Shown piece after piece: positions 10,603 through 20,310 of a stretch of 32,000 bases of DNA. The stretch's first letter is position 1. Every line of letters begins with the position of its first letter. The notes beneath the pieces were generated by a model. The model was given only the letters and a program-made list of their open reading frames with translations, ran no database searches and was not told the DNA's origin. The position numbers and the translations under genes are program-made. The stretch comes from Isochrysis galbana (lineage: Eukaryota), in NCBI GenBank assembly GCA_018136815.1, contig CM030935.1, positions 6,076,935 through 6,108,934 of the forward strand. The letters run 5' to 3'.

Positions 10603-10739
10603 TGGGAGTGGGAGGTGGGGAGGGGGAGAGGAAGAGAGAGAGGGAGGAAGATAGAGAAAGAGAGAGAGAGTGGGAGGGAGGGGGTGAGAGAGTGAGGGGG
10701 AAAGAGGGAGAGAGAGGGAGGGACGCGCCGCTCGCGACG
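9990..10739. repeat. G-rich / GA-rich low-complexity tract with homopolymers and about (GA)30
   Basis: GGNGGNGG-type repeats at 9990-10130; G13 at 10166-10178; G12 at 10203-10214; C12 at 10237-10248; G19 at 10277-10295; (GA)n at 10538-10598. Confidence 0.9.
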
Positions 10740-12007
10740 ATGGCGACGGAGGCGACCGCATCTATCTGGGCCGCAGTGAGCGATCCAGAGATCCTGATCG
10801 GCACATTCTCATACTTGCTGCTCAAGCCTATTCTCCGCAGCTCGGGGCTCGTCGATGAGAAGAAGGGCGCCTACAGGACATCGATGATCTGGTCCGATGC
10901 ACACTGCCACCTGCTGCCACACGCCGACCTCTTCCCTACCTCCCTCCCTCCTTCCCTCCCCCCTCCCCCCTTCATTCCCTCCATTCCTCGCCCCCTCCCT
11001 CCCTCCCTCCCTCCCTCCCTCCTGCCTTCCCTCCCCTCCCTGCCTGCCTGCTGCCCCCCTCCGGACTCTCCACCTCCCTCTCTGCCTGCTGTGGCTGCGG
11101 CTTGGAGGGACTGCGCGTCGCTCGTCGCTCAACATGGCGTGGCCAGCATGGCGCCGAAGGGCATGTTTGCTTCGTTCCGTCTCTTTCGGCTTTGCATCCA
11201 CTCTCCTGAATACCGAAGAAAGGCTTGTTCTGTGCGGCAGTCTCTGACCACGCCACCGCTGGCTCTGCTATGCAGGTACAACGTAATTCTAGCGCTCTTC
11301 TCCGCAACGAGCTTTTACGTCACGGCGACGGCTCTTGGATGGGACTATGGCAGTGGCGAGTGGCTGCGTAGGCTAACGGGCGACACGCCGCAGCCACTGT
11401 TTCAGTGCCCGTCCAGAGTATGGGATTCTAAACTCTTCGTGTGGACCGCGAAGGCATTCTATTATTCCAAGTACGTGGAATACCTTGACACCGCATGGCT
11501 GGTGCTAAAGGGGAAGAACGTCTCGTTCCTCCAGGCATTCCATCACTTTGGCGCGCCGTGGGATGTGTATTTGGGCATCCGGCTCCAAAACGAGGGCGTG
11601 TGGATCTTCATGTTTTTCAACTCATTCATTCACACCATAATGTACACCTATTACGGCCTCACTGCTGCGGGCTATAAGATCAAGGCTAAGCCGCTCATCA
11701 CAGCGATGCAAATCAGCCAATTCATGGGCGGCTTCATCCTCGTCTGGGACTACATCAATATTCCATGCTTCCGCTCTGATATCGGCAAGGTGGGCAAGAC
11801 AATGCACTGCATCAAAAGTTGCTGGCAAGGACCAGCAGTTCGCATCCTCAAGAGCTCCACTGACCATCGCCACCCTACCTTGTGCAGGTGTTTAGCTGGG
11901 TATTCAACTATGCTTATGTCGGCTCCGTGTTCTTGTTGTTCTGCCACTTCTTCTACAAGGACAACCTTGCCTCTAAGAAGCCAGCGAAGGGAGGCAAGAC
12001 CCTGTAG
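10740..12007 (+). CDS. ELO-family fatty-acid elongase, C18-Delta9 PUFA elongase-like (IgASE1-like); join(10740..10891,11276..11789,11888..12007), 261 aa
   Basis: ATG is at 10740 (MATEATASIWAAVSDPEILIGTFSYLLLKP...RTSMIW). Intron 1 is TG|GTCCGA...CTATGCAG|G (phase 2, rebuilding Trp). Intron 2 is AAG|GTGGGC...TTGTGCAG|GTG (phase 0). ELO motifs: KAFYYSKYVEYLDTAWLVLKGK, the His-box variant SFLQAFHHFGAPWDVYLG, NSFIHTIMYTYYG, and the C-terminus VFSWVFNYAYVGSVFLLFCHFFYKDNLASKKPAKGGKTL. Recalled from memory, not verified: it is collinear with the 263-aa I. galbana IgASE1. Confidence 0.9.
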
Positions 12008-13439
12008 AGAGATAGGTGCAACTTCTAGCTCTGCGAAACACCTCTGAAGCATGGGTGTAGGACGAATACTTGGCCTCTGAGAAGATGCGGCATTACCTCC
12101 GACATGGGCGCACCAGGCACCGAGGAGAGTCGCGCTGCCCCTGCAACGCCGCCTAGCGGCTGACCGGGGCCGGGATGGTGTATCCGTTGTTGAAGATGGG
12201 CCTCGCTTCATGTAGCATATTGATCGATTCATATTGCCATCTGTTTTGAGCATAGCATACGCCGCATCGCCGAATCCGTTGTGCGGCTTAGCTTGCATTT
12301 CATCGGCCTGCCGCATTCTCTGCAGGCCGTCGCTACCCCGCGAGCGCGTTGACCTTGAGAATGGGTACGGCGGCCTTGAGCCATGCGCCGCCCTGTTGCT
12401 GGCGTGGCTATTTGGACGAGATTCGACACACACCACGCAGTGCCACGCGCTTTGGCTTTAAGAGGACGCGAAAGAAATCTTGTTCATTGGCTTCCATCAA
12501 CGATGGGGTTATGCGGGATGCTGGAGCCATGCGGGATGCACCGCCAAACGAATGACGCGGCTATGTGAGTTTCATAGTGCAAGGCCACGAACGTTCGCAG
12601 TGCTTGGGAGGATGCGAAGCGAACCACTTGTGCACTCCCGACGGCATGAGTACGATCTGCAATCAATCAATACGGCTATGGACCATGTCAACGGACTCAG
12701 ATATATGGATCTTGTGGTGTTGGTGGATGGATGGTCGTGGACTACGGCGGAGGTATGTTGGTTGGGGTGTCGACTTTAAGAAAGTAATGCGCATTCCGGG
12801 TTTCCAGCGTTGACAGCAGCCGGGCACGGTAGCGCGTCGTGACATGTTGCATCAATGATTCTCCTATGGGCATGACGATGGCTGGGTCGTGGCATCGTGT
12901 GCGGGGAAGCGGAGGTGCGAATGCGAGTTTTGCCTGTTTTCGCGTTTTGAGGAAACGCAGAGCGTCGGGTTGGGCGTGCGAAAGCCGCCGGGTAGATGTG
13001 GCTTGGGTCTTGAGTCACCGAAAGCCAAAAACTTCTTTAATAATAATCAATGTTATATCCTAGCCAGCCAAAAACTTCTTTATAGTCTCGCCTCGCGCGC
13101 GGCCCTGGGTTGTGGGTTGATCAATATTCGCAGCCACGCTCGCTCCCTTCCTCATATTCCCTCTCCTTCGACTCCGCCCTCCTGTTGCCTGTTGCCGGCA
13201 ACAGACAGTAGCTATTTTGGGCTATTTTGGGGGCTGAGTCTGTTGCGCGTATGGGCTATTTTGGGCCCAAGTTTCGCGAAAGTTTTTTTGCCAGAAAAGT
13301 GACCCAAGTTTCGAAATGAGTTTCGCGAAACTCTGACCTCGCCCTAGCGGCAAGATATGCTGCCCTAGTAGTAGTGGCCTCGATCGAGCCAATTGCGTGG
13401 ATGCGCCTCCTGCGCGTGGTGCTCAGCATGAACCGATCT

Positions 13440-14330
<891 letters not shown>

Positions 14331-14447
14331 CTTGGGTAGCAGCGCGCGCGCCGCGTTGTGAATTGAACTTGTACCGACAAGAGATCGGAGGCCGAACACG
14401 TGCACACGCACGCAGCTGTTGTGGCACAGCCACAGTCAGCCTTTGAG

Positions 14448-15936
14448 ATGTCCCCAAAATGGTGGTTTCAGGCCGAGTTCGGTTTCGATGGCACGGGTCC
14501 CTTCAGCTTCTTTGCGCGTGAGTACGAGCTCATCATGGCCTCACCTCGAAATGAGGCCGTCGATTCCAAACCCCACGTTTTGGGAGACTTTCCGCCGCCA
14601 GCGCCGATCTGGTCAGGTCTACGTCCGTACATTATCATGGCACCCGTCACTATGCTGGTACCTCCCTTCTACCTACTGAGTTGTCTCAACCGTGGACCCC
14701 TTCTCATGGCATTTCTTGTGGCGACTGTGGTTGCGAGTTCAAACTACCTCCTGAAGCGCAACGATGACGTCGTGTTGGCCAAGGTGACAGCCGCGACCTC
14801 TCTCCCATCTCACCCTTGCATTAGCGTGTACCCCTCACCGGCTGCATACCATCCTATGCAGGATCGTACTTCGTCCCCGTACTCGAGTAAGGTCAACCCT
14901 ATCCAAGGACTTTTCCTAATTGTCTTCCTGCCGGTTTGGTCAGCTGCCACCTTCGCGGGCATTTTCTGCCGCAACGTCTCACCACATCCGCTTCTTTCAC
15001 TCGCGTGTTTCTGTGCCCTCTTGTTCTTCAAGAATGGCATCGGCATGAGCGTAATCCTGCACAGGTGCAACCCGCCTTCCCCTGTGTGCACATGTATGCA
15101 TGTGTGTACTGTCCTCCCATCTTGAGTTGGAGGGAGCCACTCAATACATGCGTGCAACCTCATCAGCCGCTTCATCTGCCATCAGGTACTGCGCGCACGC
15201 CGCCTTCAAGTGTCATTGGGCCACCAGCCTCTGCCTCGGTATCATCTCTTGCTTTTCCTACCAAGGCGGCCCGCTGTGGTGGGCATCTCGCCACCGCGCC
15301 CATCACAAGTTTTGCGACACCACCAGGCGCGACCCGCACTCTCCGGCTCTGAATGGCATCATCAACGCTTTCTCTTTTTTTCTCTCTGGTACTACGACTG
15401 ATTTTGTGCGCTCGATACAGGCTGTCGACGAGGAGTTCGCCCCATCTCACATCGACACGCCGTGCATGCGGATCATTGACTCCCTTTCGTTCGTGTTCCC
15501 TCTAATTGAGTTCCACCTGGCACTTACCGTGTTCGGTCCTCCCGGTTTGTGGGTGAGCTTTAGCTCGTCATGGGTTGGTCAAGTGACGACGCTATGGTTC
15601 AATGTGCGCAACCATCCCATCGGCGGCTCCAAGACCAAACCTGGGGACGCCTCTCCTGAGCATCATAAGTACCGGCGCACCTCGACGACAAATGTAAACT
15701 GTGACGCTGTCGACAAACCGACAACTGTCGACTCATCGCCCCTCTACATATTTCTCGACTACGTCTCGTCCATCATCTCCCCTGCCGTGGGCGAGGATGA
15801 CCACGATCATCACCATTCTCATCCTGCGCTCGCCGTACGGCCTGGTTTCGACGCGCCTCACTACTTCATTCTCGCCTTGGCTAGAGTTGGGCTAGTGTGG
15901 AACGTTCAACAAGAGCGCAAATTGCATGGCACGTAG
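14448..15936 (+). CDS. Divergent membrane fatty-acid desaturase of the Delta9 acyl-CoA/acyl-lipid (SCD/ADS) family; join(14448..14783,14862..15064,15186..15936), 429 aa
   Basis: His boxes: GIGMSVILHR|YCAHAAFK (HRYCAH, assembled across intron 15065-15185, AG|GTGCAA...CCATCAG|G, phase 2); WWASRHRAHHKFCDTTRRDPHSP; GEDDHDHHHSHPALAVRPG. The box1-box2 spacing matches SCD1. The first intron (14784-14861, AAG|GTGACA...CTATGCAG|GAT, phase 0) is optional because the frame also stays open without it. The start codon is uncertain: first ATG at 14448, alternative at about 14535. Confidence 0.8.
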
Positions 15937-16791
15937 CCTCTGTGCTCCCAATGCTCACTCCTTCGGGCAAATGTACGAGTATGCTGTGCATGAATGTACG
16001 AAGAGCGCCATCGCCCCTCATTCTGCACCACCATGGTGCATTGTCAATTTGTTAACTAGCCAACATGTTCACTCATGCGTGCGATGGATGGCGGATTGGT
16101 ATGGGCGCCCACTTACTACTGATGTGATGGATGCTTGGGGATCAGAATGATGCACGTGGATGAAAGAGGCGTGGCTTCAGCCGAGGACTTCTGCCCAAGG
16201 TCCTTAGTGCGGTTTGTGACGTTTGACGCTGAGGAGTGCCTCGAGCGATGTGTGATGGCTCGTTGGAAAGCTCTGACGCCACGGACCACGGAGGAGAACT
16301 CAAAACCAATGAGTTTGCTATCTCACCTAGTGACAGTTGATGTGAAAAATACGCCCTTGAAAAAAATCTTTTAATATTCTCGCCTCATACTCATACCTCA
16401 TACGTGGCACTTGTAGCCACGCCCATTCCTAGGGCGGTCAAACAGGGGCTTTTTAACTACTAGTAAGGGTTGGGCTGCATTTTTTGACCGTGGCGCGATG
16501 CCCAATAAAAAACCTCCCGGGGGGGCTACCTGACGCTACGAAAATCTTCGCCAAGAAATGGTGCGATTCGCCCCCCCTCTCCCCCCCTCCGTCACGCGCA
16601 CTCACGCTCTACCCGTAAAGAATGGGCGGTCGCGCCCGCGGGGGGATCGGTTCCTCTATATCTAAGCTACATTCGGCATTTGATTCCCGCCCGATGCAGC
16701 GCCGTGTCGGGCTGCCGACAGTCCGACCACCCCCTGACCCTTTGGCATCATTGCCCGCGCAGCCCACCCAGCGGCTTAATGAACGCCCAAA

Positions 16792-17034
16792 AACAACATT
16801 GGCGTTGAAGGCATCAAGGCATTCTCCTCCGCAGGAGCTTGGAGGAGTCTTGAGAAACTGAATGTTGCTTACAATAACTTTGGGATCCAAGGCAGTTGTG
16901 CCTTTTTTGACTCACTCACAGCCGGACTCTCACCAAATCTCACCGATCTCAGCGTGGATGGCAATTGCATGGGTCCACTGGGCACCAAGGCGCTCTCGGT
17001 GGCTATATCGAAGGGTATGATGCGCAAAATGACG
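16792..17034 (+). CDS. RNI-type leucine-rich-repeat coding segment (exon of an unresolved or possibly decayed LRR-ANK gene)
   Basis: Translation: NNIGVEGIKAFSSAGAWRSLEKLNVAYNNFGIQGSCAFFDSLTAGLSPNLTDLSVDGNCMGPLGTKALSVAISKGMMRKMT, followed by the donor ACG|GTAAGG. An in-frame TGA at 16780-16782 lies just upstream. Intron 17035-17105 ends in TGTTGTAG. Confidence 0.5.
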
Positions 17035-17130
17035 GTAAGGGTGCCAATAGAACTGTATTTGCTCTGCGTCATGTACATACCCTTCCGATCTGTCTCGTGT
17101 TGTAGTATCTCCACATGATGAAATGCAGTA

Positions 17131-17955
17131 TTGGCGACGAGGGTCCTCAATATGAGATCGTGCGGCATAACCAACGTTGGGATGAGAAATCTGACTAGTA
17201 GTCAAATACCACGTCTTACGGAACTTGATGTAAGTAATAATGATTTCGATGAGGAAGGTATGTGTTATTTCATGAACTACGCACACCTCCCCGAGTTAAA
17301 GACACTATCCATCTCGGGGAATAAGCTGGGTCGGAAAGGACTGCAAGCATTGGCATCGACAAAATTCCGTAATCTGTCCCATCTTTATGTGTCAGATATT
17401 GCTTATCCTTTGGCAGATAGTGCTGATCGTGCTCACGACATCAATACGATTTGTAATGGTACTGATCTCAAGACGATTGAATTGGATAGAATCAATGAAG
17501 AAGACTTTGGGCTCCTCCGTAAACACCTGATAAAGTTGGATAGATTGATCATCAAATTTGGTTCTACAATACACACACCCAGTCTAGTCGACTTGTCGAA
17601 TCTAAAGGAGTTGCACTTGGAATCTGCGTACGTGGATGATATTTTGGTGTTGTTGCCTAGGTTGAAGGTCACTACCCTTCGTGCGCGATGCTGTGGATTT
17701 GAGGACACACATATGGATGATCTGATCCAAAAGCTCCATGCACATACGACGCTCACGAAACTCGATCTGTCTCAAAACAGAGGCATCACAGACCAAGGAT
17801 TCCAAAAACTCGCGAATGCTGTCAATGACGGAAGGCTGTATAAGCTGGATTCTCTGGTATTGGAGTTTACCGGAATTAAACAGAAGACGATGTCTGATCA
17901 TTCGACAAAACATCCATTCATATGGGACACCTATTATGAACGTGTGTTAGGGTGA
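17131..17955 (+). CDS. RNI-type LRR protein segment (same locus; frame differs from the upstream exon)
   Basis: LNMRSCGITNVGMRNLTSSQIPRLTELDVSNNDFDEEGMCYF...LKTLSISGNKLGRKGLQALAS...LTKLDLSQNRGITDQGFQKLANAV. The track start is a non-ATG codon. The stop is at 17953-17955. Confidence 0.6.
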   Translation: MATRVLNMRSCGITNVGMRNLTSSQIPRLTELDVSNNDFDEEGMCYFMNYAHLPELKTLSISGNKLGRKGLQALASTKFRNLSHLYVSDIAYPLADSADRAHDINTICNGTDLKTIELDRINEEDFGLLRKHLIKLDRLIIKFGSTIHTPSLVDLSNLKELHLESAYVDDILVLLPRLKVTTLRARCCGFEDTHMDDLIQKLHAHTTLTKLDLSQNRGITDQGFQKLANAVNDGRLYKLDSLVLEFTGIKQKTMSDHSTKHPFIWDTYYERVLG

Positions 17956-18314
17956 TTGATGCACCCATTTGCAGCCATGAGACTTACCAGTGCAGCGCCA
18001 CAAAACGACGCCGACGTGAATGCGACCGACGATATGGGGCACTCTTGTCTGCACATCGCATGCATGCATAATGATGCATACACCGTAAATGATCTTTTCA
18101 AAGCCGGTGCTCGCGCCGATGTCCTGACGAGGAATAAGCTCTCGCCTCTGATGATCGCAAGCGCCAACGGCTGCATTGGCGTGATGCAGCTTCTGCTGAA
18201 ACGACCGGATTGTATTCCAAAAATGGCTATACGGTCCTTCATATGGCCGTGATACAACGCCAGTTTCACCTCGTGGAGCAAGCCCTCTGGTTGAAGTTTA
18301 TCGGGGTTGGGTGA
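17956..18314 (+). CDS. Ankyrin-repeat coding segment, split by a -1 frame break at 18217-18223
   Basis: DADVNATDDMGHSCLHIACMHNDAYTVNDLFKAGARADVLTRNKLSPLMIASANGCIGVMQLLLKRPDC, then in the -1 frame KNGYTVLHMAVIQRQFHLVEQAL, with the stop at 18312-18314. Confidence 0.55.
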
Positions 18315-18842
18315 TGGTTGACACTTGACCCCCCCTCGCAGCGGAGGCAGGTGGACAGGGAGGGAAATAAAATGTAGTCGTATGAGACAAGAGATATGAA
18401 TAAAGAAACCCCAAATCCACAACAGCTATCTAATTCCTTGTTAGGTCACAAGGATCCCGTCGATTGTGTCCAAAGTCTTATACAGATGTCCATACTATTC
18501 GATTCCATGTACCGTTTGGTTAAACTAAATGAAAGACAAATCGACAGTAGAATAATCGAAATATTCAATACAAACAATAATAAAGTAAAAGAAATCGTTA
18601 GAAGTGTGTGTCCCGACTGTGATGTTGTCACACCTAATCATGAAACCATCAAACGAGTTAAAGCTTATTTACGAGTGTGACGGACCTCTCGAGGGGTAAG
18701 AAAACTTAGGGTCTGTGCGAAAAGGTATCACAGTAGGAAATCATGGATCTCCGGGCACGTGGAGCAATCACCGCCGTAGAACGTATCTCAAAGCGAAGGC
18801 AGACGACCTTGTCAAACGACGCAGAAATGTTGTCGATCCCAG

Positions 18843-19982
18843 TCACTCGCACCACGTAGCAGTGGTGTCGCCTTCCACGTGAGGAACCTTTCCAAGCAGT
18901 GTCCCCATGGTACCAATTGTGTTCTGAGCGAGATCCAGATGTTTGAGATTGCCCAAGGCTCCCATGGACTCACTGAATGCTTTCATCCCCTCCTCGCCAA
19001 TCTTGTTGTGAGCGAGATCCAGATGTTTGAGATTGCCCAAGGCCCCCCTCGAGATAGCCTCTGCCAATGCCTTCATCTCCTCGTCACCGATCGTGTTCCC
19101 ACCGATATCAAGATGTTCGAGATTGTGGAAGGCTCCCATGGAGAGAGCCTTGCAAAATACGCCAATCCTCGCAATGTTGTTCTTCTTGAGAACGAGATGA
19201 GTGAGCTTGTTCAAGCCTCTCCCCTTATCAAGGGCCTCGCTGAATGCCTCCATCCCCTCATTGCCAATGTTGTTGTCCTGGAGATTGAGCATATGGAGCA
19301 TGGATAGGGCCTCTGGGAAGGCTTTCATCCCCTCAGAGCCAATCATGTTGGAGTTGAGATTGAGAGTCTGGAGATTGTGCAATGCCCCCATGAATGAAGA
19401 GAGCCTTGCAGAATGCGGCTGGTGCAGGAACAAGGCGGCCGAGTCGGAGGAAGTCGGAGGAAGGAGAGTGGGGAGGAGAGGGGAGGGGGCGGGGAGAGGC
19501 CATTTGATGTAGTTCGGGTCACACATGCGATCGACCTGGCAGAGCTTCTCGATTAATTTGGCGTGATCGACACGCTCCTTCGTAGCATTCTTGTTATTGG
19601 ATTCTGATGTTGAGAGCTTCTTGTTTTTCAACTTCGAGAGTATGGAGAGATCCGTTAAGTTGGCGTCTTCTGCTTGTTTCGGCTTGTTTCTGTCTGCGGG
19701 TATGGTCCTCTTCTGGTTGTGACAGAACTGCGCGGCGATGGGGTCCGGAATGTTGTCGCAGCTGTCGTTTCCTTTGATGCAGATTTCTTCTTGTGTGTAT
19801 GATGGGGGAGGATTCTGCCCTGTTTTCCACATGTCGTTTAGTACATCCTTATTACGTTGGTCTGCTTCTGAAATGAATGTCTGTGCCTTATTATTGACGG
19901 TCTGGTATCCTTCCGCCAATTCTTGGATGAGTTGTTGCCTCCTTTTGATTGCATCCTGGATGCGTCGTTGTCTCTCGTCCAT
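18843..19982 (-). CDS. Intact single-exon RNI-type LRR protein (379 aa) with an unassigned N-terminal half
   Basis: First ATG is at 19982 (MDERQRRIQDAIKRRQQLIQEL...); the track start at 19988 is TTG. C-terminal repeats: LNLNSNMIGSEGMKAFPEAL, LNLQDNNIGNEGMEAFSEAL, LVLKKNNIARIGVFCKAL, LDIGGNTIGDEEMKALAEAI, LDLAHNKIGEEGMKAFSESM, LDLAQNTIGTMG. Confidence 0.8.
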   Translation of the reverse strand: MDERQRRIQDAIKRRQQLIQELAEGYQTVNNKAQTFISEADQRNKDVLNDMWKTGQNPPPSYTQEEICIKGNDSCDNIPDPIAAQFCHNQKRTIPADRNKPKQAEDANLTDLSILSKLKNKKLSTSESNNKNATKERVDHAKLIEKLCQVDRMCDPNYIKWPLPAPSPLLPTLLPPTSSDSAALFLHQPHSARLSSFMGALHNLQTLNLNSNMIGSEGMKAFPEALSMLHMLNLQDNNIGNEGMEAFSEALDKGRGLNKLTHLVLKKNNIARIGVFCKALSMGAFHNLEHLDIGGNTIGDEEMKALAEAISRGALGNLKHLDLAHNKIGEEGMKAFSESMGALGNLKHLDLAQNTIGTMGTLLGKVPHVEGDTTATWCE

Positions 19983-20091
19983 AGTCAATTCTTGATGTGT
20001 CGGTGCTTACTGTAGTGCTTACAATTAATGAAAGGCACCTTTGTAGTTCCGACTTTCTACAGGCGTGACGTCGGAGCGGAACACTAGTGGT

Positions 20092-20310
20092 GATTGAACG
20101 CTTTTCCATATCTTATGGCGATGATTGAACGCTTCTCATCTGTGGTGGATGGTGGGGATTGAACGCTTCTCGTCTGTGGTGGAGGGTGGGGATTGAACGC
20201 TTTTTCATATGTGATGGCGATGATTGAATGCTTCTCGTCTGTGGTGGAGGGTGGGGATTGAACGCTTTTTCATATGTGATGGCGATGATTGAATGCTTCT
20301 CGCCTCAGGG
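20092..20310. repeat. Tandem repeat array: 31-nt (A) and 34-nt (B) subunits sharing a GATTGAAYGCTT head, in the order A B B A B A B'
   Basis: GATTGAA starts at 20092, 20123, 20157, 20191, 20222, 20256 and 20287, giving spacings of 31, 34, 34, 31, 34 and 31. A is GATTGAACGCTTTTTCATATGTGATGGCGAT. B is GATTGAATGCTTCTCGTCTGTGGTGGAGGGTGGG. Confidence 0.85.

Noticed and set aside
9790-10761. A 323-aa ORF (-) and several overlapping 100-230-aa ORFs on both strands, rich in P/S/L or G/E/R
   Set aside because: They are translations of (GA)n, GGN repeats and poly-G/poly-C, giving periodic SLSLSL, RERERE and PPPPP. They are open in several frames at once and have no domain content. The upstream part (10602-10739) of the 481-aa ELO track ORF is rejected for the same reason.
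11750-12436. A 228-aa ORF on the minus strand
   Set aside because: It is antisense to ELO exon 2/3 and the 3' UTR. It has no motif, it starts at a non-canonical position, and its composition is explained by the GC-rich sense gene.
17942-17974. A 33-nt GT..AG segment taken as a bona fide intron
   Set aside because: I do not annotate it as a feature. The splice motifs and phase fit, but 33 nt is below the size of every other intron modelled here (70-384 nt). It is kept only as a hypothesis in the findings.
20092-20310. Regularly spaced repeats that could superficially resemble a CRISPR array (also 30364-30454)
   Set aside because: The context is eukaryotic. The inter-repeat segments are themselves repeated rather than unique spacers, the unit sizes alternate between 31 and 34 nt with no spacer, and there are no cas genes.
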